From Rebecca billardiae RCC1528 (Eukaryota; Protista; Haptophyta), in assembly GCA_965240325.2 (NCBI GenBank), contig OZ251222.1:434001-498000 (forward strand): DNA of 64,000 nucleotides, in the 5' to 3' direction. Positions 41,687 to 53,300 of this stretch are shown in pieces. The position numbers were made by a program, and so were the translations under genes. Positions within the stretch are counted from its first letter, which is position 1. The number at the start of each line of letters is the position of its first letter. The notes beneath the pieces are model-generated. The model ran no database searches. It was not told where the DNA came from and saw nothing but the letters and a program-made list of their open reading frames with translations.

Positions 41687-43968
41687 CTACGATGATGAAG
41701 ACGAATCGGTGGCGTTGAGAGGGGCAGCTGGCTGCTGGTCGCTGGCAGTGCATCCATCGCCGCCAGCAATCTTGAGGCACATCGTCGTCGGCATCATCGA
41801 GAGCGTGTTCACCACCAGGCTGTACGTGAGCGCGCTGCCGAGGCAGACGATGGTCGCGATGGCGTACGAGTCGCGGTGGCGCCAGCGCCGCTTCCGCAGC
41901 TGCGCCTCCTCCTTCTGGTCCGGCAGCAGCGGCAGGAAGCAGAGCGACGCGGCCGCGAACGCGAAGGAGAGCAGGAAGGAGTAGAAGACGGTGCGCCTGA
42001 ACTCGGGCGTGTCCAGGATGTAGTTGCGCACGTCGGAGAGGTTGGGCCTGAAGAGGCCGTACAGCGCGTTGGCCACCGCGCGCGCGACCGGATTGCCCAT
42101 GTTGTGCGCCGTCGTGACCAGCCCGTAGACGATGCCCTCCATGCCGGGCTCTGCGCCGAGATGGCGGCGCGCACCACGGCGCGCACGGGAGCAGCACGTC
42201 CAGCGCCCAGTGTCAGCGAAGCCCACCGCGCCGCGTGCGGCGGAGCGCGCGCGCGCGTCCCAGTCCCCGGGCGCACGAGGGAGCGAGGGGGCGCACACGG
42301 CACGCGCGCGCACACGCGGGCGCACGCGCACCGGCCATCTCGACGATCACGTACGTGGACACGACGAAGTTTGCGGCGGCGGGCACCTCGTACAGCACCG
42401 TCTCGCCGAGGTAGAAGTACTGGTTGCGCACGACGTCGAAGACGGTGCACGTGACGAAGAAGAGGTCGAGCAGGTTGAGCAGCAGCGCGGTGACGATGAG
42501 CATCCGCCGCCACGACGTGTTGAGGAAGTGGCGCTTCACGAGCCACAGCCCGGCTGCAAAGAGCAGGTGGCCAAACAGTGAGAAGATCTGGTCCTGCAGG
42601 TTCTTCACGCCCGCCCAGTTCTTCTTGACCAGCCCGCCGGCGGTCGTGCTGATGTTGCCGATGGTCGGCGTGAGGAACGAGTGGCTGATCACCGCGAAGA
42701 ACGCGCCGCCGCGCAGCGTCGAGAACACGAGCCGCGCGTACTCCGCGCGGCTGTGCCCGCCCTTGCGCGCGCGCTGCGGCTCGCGCACGAGCAGGTAGCT
42801 GATGGGCACCATGGCCGTCGCCGGCAGCGCGAGGATCGCGCATATCCAGTTGAAGGAGAGTCCCCACTCGAACGAGCCTGCGAGCGCGGGGCCGGGGGAC
42901 GCCCGGGCGGCAGAGAGCGCGCGACGCGGCGCGGGCGAGGAGGGGCAGCAGCGCGTGAGCTCGCCGCACAGCCAGCCAGCCGCCCACGGCGCCGCCCGGA
43001 GAGCGCGCGGCGCGGGGCGCGTCCGTGCCGTTGTACTGGCGTGAGTTCATGCACAGCCCGACAAGGAGGGCGGCGCAGGCCTGGCCGAGGGATCGCGTCA
43101 GGTAGGCCGTCGTCTGCGTGTTGCCACGGCGGCTGATCGGCTCGAGCTTCGCGTACTCGACCGTGAGGCCGTCGGCGGCGACGTCGGCGACGACGTAGCC
43201 GGTCGCCGCCAGCGCCATCAGGATGGCGTAGCTGCCGCCCGCCTTTGCCGATTCGGGGTGGCACGGCTCGGCGGGGACTGTGTGGCCGTCCTGCTGCACG
43301 TGGGTCACGTACCGCCCATCCTCGCCGACGCACCAGTACGGCGGCGGCAGGGGGCGCAGCCACAGCGCCACGAGCATGAGCGCGCAGAAGCCCCAGCCAA
43401 GGATCATGTACGGCTTCCGCCGCAGGCCAAAGATGGGTGTCGTGTCGTTCAGCGCGCCGAAGACGAATTTGAACGACCACGGGATGCGCGACATCACGAC
43501 GACGGTGGCGTACGTATACGATGGGACGCCGAGGTACCCGAGGAAGAAGCCATACGTCGTCGCCGGCAGGCCGGCGTAAATGATGCCGACCGCAAAGTAC
43601 TGCGCCAGGAAGCCCACGCGGTACCTGAAGTTGTGCGGGGCGTATATGTCCGAGAGGGCGCGCACCTCGCTGTCCAGCTCCATCGGCTGCGGCGGCAGCT
43701 CAACGAGCGCGGCAGCATCTGCTGGAGCCGTCGCGCGGGGTGCGAGCGCGGACGCCGCGAACGCGGCCGAGCCCGGGTGCACGATCGTGACCTCCGGACT
43801 CGGCTCGAGCTCGTCGATCGGCTCGTCATCAGCAAGGGGCGGGCTCGGCCCGGCGGCGGAGAGATCGCGGGACGAGCTGGACAGGAGCTGGTCGTAGTCG
43901 TGCTTGGTCTCGTCCGACTCCGATGTGGCAGTTGAGCGAGACATGTCGCTTGCCCTCCGTCGGGACAT
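41687..43968 (-). CDS. Folate-biopterin (BT1) family MFS transporter, 3 exons
   Basis: PWSFKFVFGALNDTTPIFGLRRKPYMILGW, ADVAADGLTVEYA..RGNTQ, VEMAEPGMEGIVYGL. Introns 42878-43028 (GC-AG) and 42151-42331. Confidence 0.85.
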
Positions 43969-44076
43969 TCAGCGACGAGGCGTGGCGTCCGCCATCATTC
44001 TTTACACCAATATGCTGGGGTAGTAGGCGTGCTTTTTTCATACATCAGTGTAAAATCCTGATGAAATATCATCGCG

Positions 44077-44517
44077 ATGGCGGCCGGGCCGCGACGTCGG
44101 GCGCGTGAAGGAGAGCATGTGGAGGACGACACACCTCTCTTGGACGAGGACGAGCAGAAACGTGTGATCGATGAGCTAGAAAGCCAGAACGAGCGTCAGA
44201 CGCGGTGGGCTCGCCTGGCTCTGGGCTGCCTTCTCGCATGCTGCTCAACCGGCTGCGCTGTGTACTCGAGCGTCGCTGGCTGTGCTGCGATACTCTGCAC
44301 GCTTGCATACTTGTGTACGAGGCAGAAAGCGTGCGTGGCGCTTGCCTTGGGTCTCTCGTGCATTGCTGCCTTCCAGGGAGCACGCGATGCTCCGATCGTC
44401 CGTGCTGGGCCAGGCGTACTGGTGCTGATCACAGCCTGGCACGAGCACGAGCACGCCCGCGTCCGAGCCGGAATCCAGGCTTTACACGGCTGTCGTTACA
44501 ACTACAAGTCAATCTGA
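44077..44517 (+). CDS. Small membrane protein of unknown function
   Basis: LDEDEQKRVIDEL..QN, hydrophobic core, and C-terminal L..RYNYKSI resemble a conserved eukaryotic small-protein pattern. Confidence 0.55.
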   Translation: MAAGPRRRAREGEHVEDDTPLLDEDEQKRVIDELESQNERQTRWARLALGCLLACCSTGCAVYSSVAGCAAILCTLAYLCTRQKACVALALGLSCIAAFQGARDAPIVRAGPGVLVLITAWHEHEHARVRAGIQALHGCRYNYKSI

Positions 44518-44820
44518 GAGCCACGATGGGTCGGGCGGCTGACGTCAAGACGTGCAGGAGAAGGCCCCGCGCATCCATGTGCTCACTGCCTCCACGGAGC
44601 ACACGACTACTGGGACCGCCTGGAACTTATTCCGCTCCACGGCCACGGGCACGGGCGCGGAATGCGGCAGTCACCACGATGACGGTGTCGGTGTGACGGT
44701 GTCGACTGTCGTCGGTGACGGTCAGCCTGCCGGTCTCACGGTCTGAGCAGTGGTCTGGCACTCAGCGTCGAAGTTAGCCGTAGTCCGTTTTAAGCAGTAG
44801 CAGTTACCAGGCAGTCATTA

Positions 44821-45914
44821 CGGATATCCCACTGCGATCCTATCCCATAGGATTCAATCCTATGGCATAGGATGGCCCCAGGGACGACTCAGCAGACGAC
44901 ATTTTCTCATGTTGCTGAATGGTACGACTGCACCTAGGGGTCGGTAGCAGTGTCGCCACCATCCGCCAGAGCGAGCTTGTTGTGATTTTCGACCACCACC
45001 GCATCGTTTTGGGCTCCACGGATGGAGCGCGTGAAGCCGTCGCGGTCGCTGCCGCCTTGCGACTCCACGGCGGCAACGCCGACCGACATGTGGCACTTGT
45101 AGATGACACCCAGCTTGATGCTCACACATCGTGGTTCACTGTGTTCGACCGGAGCCCTATGTGGTTCATCCACAATGCGTTTTGGTCCTCGCCAAGCATG
45201 GCATTGTACGTCACGCCGGGGCTGCGCGCGCAAGCTGCTGCGGGTCTCTCGCGTCGTCAGGTGGTTGCGATCGAGCATCGGCGCGCATGTAGAGCAAGCC
45301 TCGGAGGTAGCCGGAACATCTTGCCATGCCGCGTGCGTGGATGGTATCGCACCTGTGGACACGCCATGCGTGTGCCGCAGTCGATTTACGCGACGCTCGA
45401 CCCGCACGCTCTTGGATTCGTGGGCTCGTGGTCCACAAGGACGGCCGCCACCATCGTGGGAGGTCCGTGGCCGCACGCACGATGGCGGTTGCCCTCTCTT
45501 CGCCCCGCCCCAGAATCGGTGTGCCACGGGCAGCAACGCGCCTGGCGGCGTGGGCGGCGGTGCGGGCGGCAGCGCGGGCATCCGGTGCGAGCACCCGCCG
45601 GCGCCGTCCGTGCCCAGGGTCGCCGCTCGGCTGCCAGGGGCGAGCAACTGACGCTGTCATGCCGATCCTATGTAGCCGTCCCTGGCGCGGATCCTATGGC
45701 ATAGGATCGCGCGCGCGCGCGCGGTCGCGCGCGCGCGCGCGCGACCGCCGTGGCAGTGGCGGCAGGCGGAGATGGTGTGTGTCGACAGCCGGTGGAGTTG
45801 TGTGTACGATATAGCAACACCGATGATCGTATGCGCAAAACTGAGCCGCTGGCGCTCTGGTGAACTCATCCTATGCCATAGGATCAGATCCTATCTGTTG
45901 CAGTGGGATATCCG
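44821..45914. mobile_element. Non-autonomous DNA transposon with 15-bp TIRs and 4-bp TSD (possibly Sola-like)
   Basis: ATTA|CGGATATCCCACTGC ... GCAGTGGGATATCCG|ATTA. Four internal ATCCTAT-NNN-ATAGGAT palindromes. Confidence 0.85.
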
Positions 45915-46187
45915 ATTAGACTGATAGTGAGTGACTCCGCCGGGACAGGCAGTCATAACTCATATGAAATAAGTCACGCAGCTAGCGTTGTGACTGCGGT
46001 GGCTCCGGCTGACCGGCGGGGTTCCGGCCGTGACCGACTGGCGACTGACCGAGTCTCGGCGATCCGCGGATCACGGCGCACCCCACCGCCGGGGATGACG
46101 GCCGCCCGGACCCACGTGCTCGGCGTGGCTACTGGCGTGTGCGCAGCCTGTGCCAGACGGGCGCTTCGGCTTCGGGCACGGGGTCCA

Positions 46188-47894
46188 TCACACAGAAGTG
46201 TGCGGCGGTGGCGGCGAGCCCGCGGCAGACGCGTCCAACGCGCCGCCGTCCCGTGGCCGGCCGCCGCCGCCGAGTGACCCCGAGGGGGCCGATGCGCCGG
46301 CGGCGGCCGTCGAAGCCGAGCCGTTAACGCTCGTCGACGTCGCCGTGGGCGACGCGGCCGCTGGCGGCTTTGTGGGCCGCGGTGGCGTCGAGGGCGTGGC
46401 GTCGAGCGGCGCCGGCTCAGCGCGCTCGAGGTCCACATCGCGCTCCGGCCGCTGGTGACCCGCCGCGGCCCATGGCGGCCGCGCGAGGCCGGCAACGCAC
46501 CGGAAGAGCCCCGAGGTGGCGAGCCATCGGCTGAGCGCTAGCGTGGGCGTCGGCCGCGCGAGCGCGCGCGATGCGCCCTGCGCGCTCGCCGCACGATCGG
46601 AGAGCGGCTGTATGCTCTTGCCGCGCTGCAGCGCCCACTGCCGGATCGCCTCGTCGCTCTCGCGCTGCGTCGCCGACGGCTGCCCGCCCTCCGACACGCA
46701 GCCGCCCGGACAGCGGCACGTGCCGCCCAGAAAGTCCGGGAGATTCTCCGGGTCGATGACCTCGCGCAGGAAGGCCTTCGTCTCGCTCGGGCTGAAGACG
46801 CGGAGCTTCTCGGCGGTGCGCGGCACGAGGAGGTGGGACATCGCCTGCCAGCACTTGGCGAAGAACCACGGCGCGTTCACGATCCAGATCGCCGCGAGGT
46901 TCTCGAAGGTGACGTGGTCGCCGAGGCTCGAGAGCGCCTTGAGACGCTCGACGCACGCGCTGTTGGTGAACATGCCCATCCGCATGCCCTCCAGGTCGAG
47001 GATGGAGACCATCTTGCTCACGCGCCGGCCGTGCAGCCGGGCCTGCCGCTCGTACTCCAGCCGCGCGTACTCCACCATCTGGAAGTGGTACCACACCACC
47101 GCGTTGATCGGCTCGTCCAGCAGCCGCTGGTGCACCGCCTCGGCGTGCGCGTGCGTGCCAGGCATGATGGCGAGCCCGCGGCCGCTCGCGCGCGGCGGCG
47201 GCGCGGAGGCGCGCACGGAGGCGGGCTTGTGCGCGAGCGGCGCGGTGGCGCCCGCCTTCCACAGCTCGCTCATCGCCGACGGCATGATCCGACCGATCCG
47301 CTCGATGTAGATCGGGTGGCCCCACCGGTCCGTCTTGTGCAGCGAGTGCGGCATCACGCGCCGGATGTGCTCGACAAACGCGCGGTCCATCGGGCTGAGG
47401 AGGAGCTCGTCGACGCCGTGCGCCTTGCGGAACTCGAGGGAGTGCTCGAACGCCTCGAAGGCGGCGGACGCTGGGTGCACCGTGGCGAGCACCTTGTGCG
47501 CAAAGAGCGTCACGTCGGGGCAGTACATGATGCCACTCGGTGGCGTGTCCTGGCTGTGCTGCAAAGCCTCCGCCGCGCGCGGATCCTCGCGAAAGCGACG
47601 CTCGAGCTCGGCGAGCTGGCGCGGGTAGTCGAGCGCCGCCGAGCGCGAGCAGGGGGGCGGCTCGCACATCGGCGAGCCGCATGCGCACGTCGAAGGGTGG
47701 CACGAGCCATCCCAGCCAAACGAGTGGATGAATGACGAGCTGCGCTTCGCGCGCGCGCTCTGCGACGTGAGCGGGGATAGCAGGTCGCTGCTGGACGCGT
47801 CGGCCCGACGGCACGCGCGAACGCCGAGCGCGATCAGTGCGAGCGCGAGCGCCGCACCGCCGCCGCCGACCGCGAGCAGCACCGCGGGGAGCAT
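46188..47894 (-). CDS. SEC14/CRAL-TRIO lipid-transfer protein with N-terminal membrane anchor
   Basis: HKTDRWGHPIYIERIG, ILDLEG, IVNAPWFF..W..L.PRT..K, IDPENLPDFLGGTCRC. ATG 47894 precedes a hydrophobic anchor. Confidence 0.85.
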   Translation of the reverse strand: MLPAVLLAVGGGGAALALALIALGVRACRRADASSSDLLSPLTSQSARAKRSSSFIHSFGWDGSCHPSTCACGSPMCEPPPCSRSAALDYPRQLAELERRFREDPRAAEALQHSQDTPPSGIMYCPDVTLFAHKVLATVHPASAAFEAFEHSLEFRKAHGVDELLLSPMDRAFVEHIRRVMPHSLHKTDRWGHPIYIERIGRIMPSAMSELWKAGATAPLAHKPASVRASAPPPRASGRGLAIMPGTHAHAEAVHQRLLDEPINAVVWYHFQMVEYARLEYERQARLHGRRVSKMVSILDLEGMRMGMFTNSACVERLKALSSLGDHVTFENLAAIWIVNAPWFFAKCWQAMSHLLVPRTAEKLRVFSPSETKAFLREVIDPENLPDFLGGTCRCPGGCVSEGGQPSATQRESDEAIRQWALQRGKSIQPLSDRAASAQGASRALARPTPTLALSRWLATSGLFRCVAGLARPPWAAAGHQRPERDVDLERAEPAPLDATPSTPPRPTKPPAAASPTATSTSVNGSASTAAAGASAPSGSLGGGGRPRDGGALDASAAGSPPPPHTSV

Positions 47895-48072
47895 CACGAC
47901 CCCGACAAGGTGCGATGCGAGCAGCCGCTCGCCTCGGTCGCCAGGAAGCTGCACCGCCTTGGTGCTTTCGATCGTCGTCAGCTCGTCGATATCTTTTACT
48001 GGGCAGCTCGCTGCCGGACTTTCTCCCGCAAGAAAGCCGGACAGACGTCGGGCATCGGCGTCATCAGCCGCG

Positions 48073-48696
48073 ATGAGGCAGGCCGTGGTCGTGCTGGTCG
48101 CCTTCGCCGCGGTGGGTTCGTGCGAGCGTGAATCGGCGACGGGCATCACGTTTGCCGACAAGCGCGCAGGCCTTGCACTCGTTGGCACAGGCGTGCGCAC
48201 CAAGGGTCCGATCAAGGTGTACGCTGCTGGCCTGTATGCGGCGCCGATGGGCTGCAAGATGTCCATGCGCAAGTACAAGGACACGAGCCCGTCGAACGCG
48301 GGGGCTCCCTTCTACAACGACCTGGTGAACGCTGGGTTCGCCAAGGCGATCGTGCTCAAGATGGCCATGGGCATCTCGAAGGAGAAGCTGGTCGGCGCCC
48401 TCTCCGATAGCGTGCGCCCGCGGATGAAGGGCGGCAAGGATGCGCTGCCGCAGTTCGCCGACCTGATCCTGAGCGGCTGCGAGCGTCACGCTGCCGGCGG
48501 CAAGGCGTCGAAGGGTACGGAGCTCGCGTTCGGGCTGCAAGGCTCAGCCATGTCCGTCTCCGTGAATGGCAAGGCCTGCGGCTCCGTGAAGAGCCCTGCG
48601 CTTTGCAAGGCGCTTCTCAGCTGCTACCTCGACGAAAAGGCCGTCTCGCCCTCCCTCAAGCGCAAGTGCGCCGAAGGCGTCGTCGGGCTGCTGTAG
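48073..48696 (+). CDS. Chalcone-isomerase-fold (FAP-like) protein with signal peptide
   Basis: ESATGITF, LVGTGVRTKGPIKVYAAGLY, ALSDSVRPRM, LCKALLSCYLDEKAVSP. Confidence 0.8.
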   Translation: MRQAVVVLVAFAAVGSCERESATGITFADKRAGLALVGTGVRTKGPIKVYAAGLYAAPMGCKMSMRKYKDTSPSNAGAPFYNDLVNAGFAKAIVLKMAMGISKEKLVGALSDSVRPRMKGGKDALPQFADLILSGCERHAAGGKASKGTELAFGLQGSAMSVSVNGKACGSVKSPALCKALLSCYLDEKAVSPSLKRKCAEGVVGLL

Positions 48697-48886
48697 ACGA
48701 TTCAGTTGCTACATCAGTAGGACTTCGTCTCAGAGGGCTCCGGGGCCAGTTGCCATCGTCAGTTCACGCACCGTTCACGCACCGCGGACCGGGGCCCGCC
48801 GGGCCCGCCGGGCGGCCGGGCCCGGCGCCGGGCCCGCGCCCGGTCCGCGCGTCTGGTCCGACCGTCGCCCCAGTGTGCATTCTGGC

Positions 48887-49090
48887 TCACAGCTCCGAGG
48901 GCCGCGTGAGTCTATGCGCCTGTGCGGCAGACTTGTTGTAGTACTGCTCGTACGTACGTAGCAGTGTGACTGCGTCAAGACCGTTCTGCGCTGCCACGCC
49001 ATTGACCAGTGCAGGACCGCCGCAGAACACCACACAGGCGCTGCGGATGTCGACGTGGTCGTCGAGGACGGACTCATACATGGCCGGCAT
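48887..49090 (-). CDS. Possible 67-aa small protein
   Basis: ATG start, GC3-rich codons and ordinary amino-acid composition; no family recognised. Confidence 0.3.
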   Translation of the reverse strand: MPAMYESVLDDHVDIRSACVVFCGGPALVNGVAAQNGLDAVTLLRTYEQYYNKSAAQAHRLTRPSEL

Positions 49091-49216
49091 GTTGGCGCTC
49101 GCGGCGCCACCCGTCGGTGTCGTGCGTCAGCGTCGGCGCCGTCAAATGTTACCAGTCACCGGAGCTGAGGCGAGGCGCTGCCGCCGCAAGTGGCCGGTGA
49201 CGGTGTGTCCATTGGC

Positions 49217-49960
49217 TCACCACCGGGCATGCACGCGCAACTGTGCTGCTGTCGGCGATGGGCCCGAGAAGAACTCGACAAGCAGCGAGTTGAAGAGCTC
49301 CGGGTCCTTGAGGTAGCAAGGGTGTGGCGCATCCTTCATCACGTACATGTGGTGCTCCGGGAAGAACATTTTGTACATGCGAGCGCGTGCAGACTCGGGA
49401 TGATCTCGCTCGCCCCACACGATCAACGCAGGCAGGCCGGCAAGGTTCTGCCTCTTCCGAACGCCCGCCGTCTCGAAGACGGCGGCGACGGGCACGTAGC
49501 CAGCGACGACGTCTGCGTGCTCAGCCACGAACGGCGTGGCAACCGAGCCGCCCATCGACGCCGCCACGACGGCCACTTTCTTGCCGTGCGCGACCCCCGG
49601 GACTGCGAGCTGCACAAAATCGTGCAGGAAGCTCTCCTTGGCTGCGCTTGAGAGCTTCTTGCTGCCGGAGAGATGATCGCCGTAGCCGGGCAGGTCGATG
49701 GCGATGGCTCTGAAGCCCGCCCTGGCCAGGGCCTCCAGGCTGCCGACCTCATTCCAGGTCTCCGCCTTGAAGGCGGCCCCGTGCAGCAAGATGACCGTGC
49801 CGCGCACGGGCGAGCCCGCGGGCGGTGCCGCGGTGAGCGCGTGGACGCGGAGCGTCTCGCGTGAGGCCGAGATGTACACCGTGAAGTGCTCAGACTGCAC
49901 CAGCGCCGCGCATGACGGGATGAGGGCTGCGAGCAGGCCGAGGCACGCGATGGCGCGCAT
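49217..49960 (-). CDS. ABHD14-like alpha/beta hydrolase with signal peptide
   Basis: LLHGAAFKAETW, AIDLPGYG, ASMGG nucleophile, LIVWGERD, APHPCYL. Confidence 0.85.
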   Translation of the reverse strand: MRAIACLGLLAALIPSCAALVQSEHFTVYISASRETLRVHALTAAPPAGSPVRGTVILLHGAAFKAETWNEVGSLEALARAGFRAIAIDLPGYGDHLSGSKKLSSAAKESFLHDFVQLAVPGVAHGKKVAVVAASMGGSVATPFVAEHADVVAGYVPVAAVFETAGVRKRQNLAGLPALIVWGERDHPESARARMYKMFFPEHHMYVMKDAPHPCYLKDPELFNSLLVEFFSGPSPTAAQLRVHARW

Positions 49961-50340
49961 GCCCGCCCGCCGCCTCGCTGGAGAGCTCTGCGCCCGCTTG
50001 TGCCGTCCGGATTGTGGATACCCCCATATACCTTAGCTGAACCAAACGTCATACGTAGCGCCAAAGGACAAACCTGAATGCCCAATACATGCGGGTAGCT
50101 CCGTCGGGGATCGTAGTTGCTTGCTTCGGCGGCGGCTCCCGCATTTGCAAGCAGCAGCGGCGGGTGCTTCACAGCCCGCCCCATCGAGCCGGCGGCTGCC
50201 CTTGCCTAGGGTGCACGCGCGCTGGCCGTCGGCGAGGGCCACCCACAATTTCCTTCGCGGAACAGCCCCAAGCACCCAGCGCGGCGTCCAGTCCGCCCGG
50301 GCCGCCCGCCATTCCGTTCCGAGCGTGGGGTGCGAAGGTA

Positions 50341-53300
50341 ATGCCAGGCGGCCTTTTCACGACCGGCGAGGAGCAGCCTCGCTCGCCAGTCGCAGTGCCC
50401 ATGGACGGGGGGTCGAGCCGCCGCGAGGGCACCGGCTCGCGTCGGAGATCCACCCTCTTCTCGTCCTTCCGGCTCCGCCGCCCGAGCATCCTCGAATCCA
50501 AGCAAGGAGGCAAAGGCGTGCTGCACGGGCACTTTGGGTCGCTCGAGTCGACCAAGTACATGCTGCCCGCGGCGAGCACATGGCTGCCGATCACGTTCCT
50601 CAAGTTCATCGTGCTGTTCAACTTCGCGTTCATCTTCGCCGTCGCGGCGCTCGACATCGTCGGCGACTGGGCCACGGACGCGAAGACCGAGATCCGCACG
50701 GCCGACTGCCGCGACGTGTACGACTCGTTTGAGTCCGCGCAGTGCTCGGGCGTCAACTTCGCCGGCGGGGAGATGGTGTCGCACACGTTCACGGGGCTCT
50801 ACCCGCTGAACCGCTGGCTGCGCGTCAGCCTCGACATGTACACCGTCTCCGCGCGCCTCGTCCCCGAGAACGCGACGCTGACGCTGCACGTGCGCATGTT
50901 TGAGCGCAACAGCGCCGCCGAGGGCTGGTCGCTCGTGTACGCGGCGCCGACGCAGAAGCAGCTGTGGTGCCCGCACCGCGCGCTGACGCACGCGACGCCG
51001 TGCAACCTCTTCAACGTCGCCTTCAAGGAGGGCCTCTCCTCGAGGCAGTACCGCGTCGACGTGCAGCTCGCGCGGCACTCCGTGGTCGAGTCGCGCGCGT
51101 GGGCACGCGGCACGGTGCTCAAGGCCTCGCACGGCCGGCGCTCGCTCGGCGAGATCGACATGGCGATGCGCACGATCGGCGCGGTGGTCGCGCTGCTCGC
51201 GCTCTTCGGCTTCCTCTACTCCATGTGGAGCTTCCCCTCCCACCTCTGGCTGCCGCAGCAGCGCATGGTCCTCGTGTACCTCGGCCTCCTCTTTCTGTAC
51301 AACGACCCGACGATCGCGATTTCGCACCTGGCGGGCGGGCGCAACTACTTCTACCAGATGGTGCTCGCGGCGCTGTTCGTGGCGGGCGGCGCGGTGCTCG
51401 CGCTCGTGCTGCTCGACGTGCGCTCGACCGAGCACGACGGCATCGGCGCGGCGGACGACCGCACGCGCCCCGAGCTCACGCACGCCATGCGCGCGGGCAG
51501 CTCGCTCGGCGGCAGCGACAAGCTCGCGCCGACGCGCGAGAGCCGCGCGCTGCCCGCGGCGGCGGGCGCGGCCGAGCAGGAGAGCCCGCTCGAGGAGCTG
51601 AGCCAGTCGGCGTTCGAGCGGCTCAGCGGCAGCCCGATCTCAAGCCACGCCTTCTGGCTGCCCAAGCTCGCGCTCGCCGCCGCGCTCTTCGTCATCACCG
51701 TCACGCTCGACTCGCACCTGTACGCGGTGATGCAGCAGGACCCGGGCGTCACCTACTCGTCGCTGCCGAGCTACCGCGCCTACTTTGGGCTCGAGGCGGC
51801 GGTGTCGTTCACGTGGCTCGGGTACGCGGTGTACCTCGGGCTGGTCGGCGTGGGGCAGGCGTCGAAGGAGTACCACCGGCTGCGCCACGACGCGGAGCGC
51901 GGCGTGCTCGACCTCACGTTCACCAACGTTGCGCACGTGATGGCCTCCAAGGCGTACCTGGCGACCGCGACCGCTCTCGTGATGGTGATCCTCGCGATCC
52001 ACCTGCGCGAGGGCGTGCGCACGCGCGCGTCGGACCACCCGACGTACTCGGACTCGGCGTTCCGCACGGCCCTGCAGAACGTGGTCGTCGCGAACGTCCT
52101 CGGCATCGGCCTCGCCGTCTGCTTCCAGCCGTCGGCGACGACCAAGCAGATTCGGAACGCGGGCGGCCTGCAAGCGTCGCTCGAACACGGGCTAGGCGGG
52201 CTGGACGAGCTCACGTCGGCGCTGCACTCGTACTCGCAGCACCTGAAGAAGCGCGTGGGCAAGTCGCTGCACAACATCCACGGCGCCAAGCCGGGCGCCG
52301 AGCAGCACGCCGCGGCCGTGGACGGCGCGTCCGACGCTGGCGGCGCGCGCTGCGACAGCTCGCGCAGCGCCAGCCGCGGCGGCGCCGGCTCGTCGAGCGC
52401 GCGCGCGGGCACGATCGCGAGCCAGCTCGGCGAGGCGCGCACGGAGGAGGACGGCGTGAAGCTGCTCGCCAAGCTGCTGAAGGAATACGCGGCCGACATG
52501 AAGCTCGCGTGGGAGAAGGGTGGCGACGAGAACCTCGCCGAGGAGCGCGTCGAGGAGCTGCGGATGCGCCAGACTGCGCTCGAGCGGCTGCCGCACATTG
52601 CGCGACACGTCGCGCACATCAAGTGGCGCTACCCCGTGCTGTACACGAGCCGGCAGCGGTACGTGTGGGCGCTGGTCGTGCGCGACGTGGATGACTCGGA
52701 GCACCGCGAGTACTGGGCGCGCGTGCTCGGCACCGGCCTCATCCCCGCCGTGCGCCAGTCCGCGCTCGGCGCGAGCGTGGGCGCGCCTGTCGCCGCGCTG
52801 TGCGCGCACCTCGAGAGCCTCGGCCTCACGCCCGTGCGCAAGCCGGTGCGCCTCGCGGCGAACTCGCCGCACGTGCTGATCCTGCTCGGCGCGACGGAGG
52901 CGGTGCGTGAGGAGCACCTCCGGTACCACCGCTGGCGCTGCTCGGTGGAGCTCGAGCTGCCCACCACGCCGCCCGAGCCGATCACGGCGGCGGACAAGCT
53001 GATGGCGATCGCTCGGCTCCTCGGTGACAACCCCGTGAGCACCGAGCAGTCACACGCCGGGCTCAGGCCGGGGATGATGTCGCTCAAGGTGGGCGGCTTC
53101 GAGCTCGTGGCGGACTCGTTCCCGCTGCACGACCGCGCGCTCAACGCCACGCTGCACACCGAGCTCCGCCGGCTATACGTGCTGAACGACGAGCAGCTGA
53201 CCGTGTTGCGCAACCACTACGGCGAGGAGGTCGGTTTCTACTACGCGGTCCTCAACTTCACGTGCACGTGGCTCACGCCGATGGCGGGGCTCGGCGTGCT

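Noticed and set aside
44837-45884. Palindromic 17-mers, and the 99-bp ankyrin units, as a CRISPR-like array
   Set aside because: Irregular spacing or coding repeats, no cas genes, eukaryotic context.
47895-48284. Apparent overlap of the SEC14 and CHI-fold ORFs
   Set aside because: ATG 47894 and ATG 48073 each begin a hydrophobic leader, giving a normal divergent pair.
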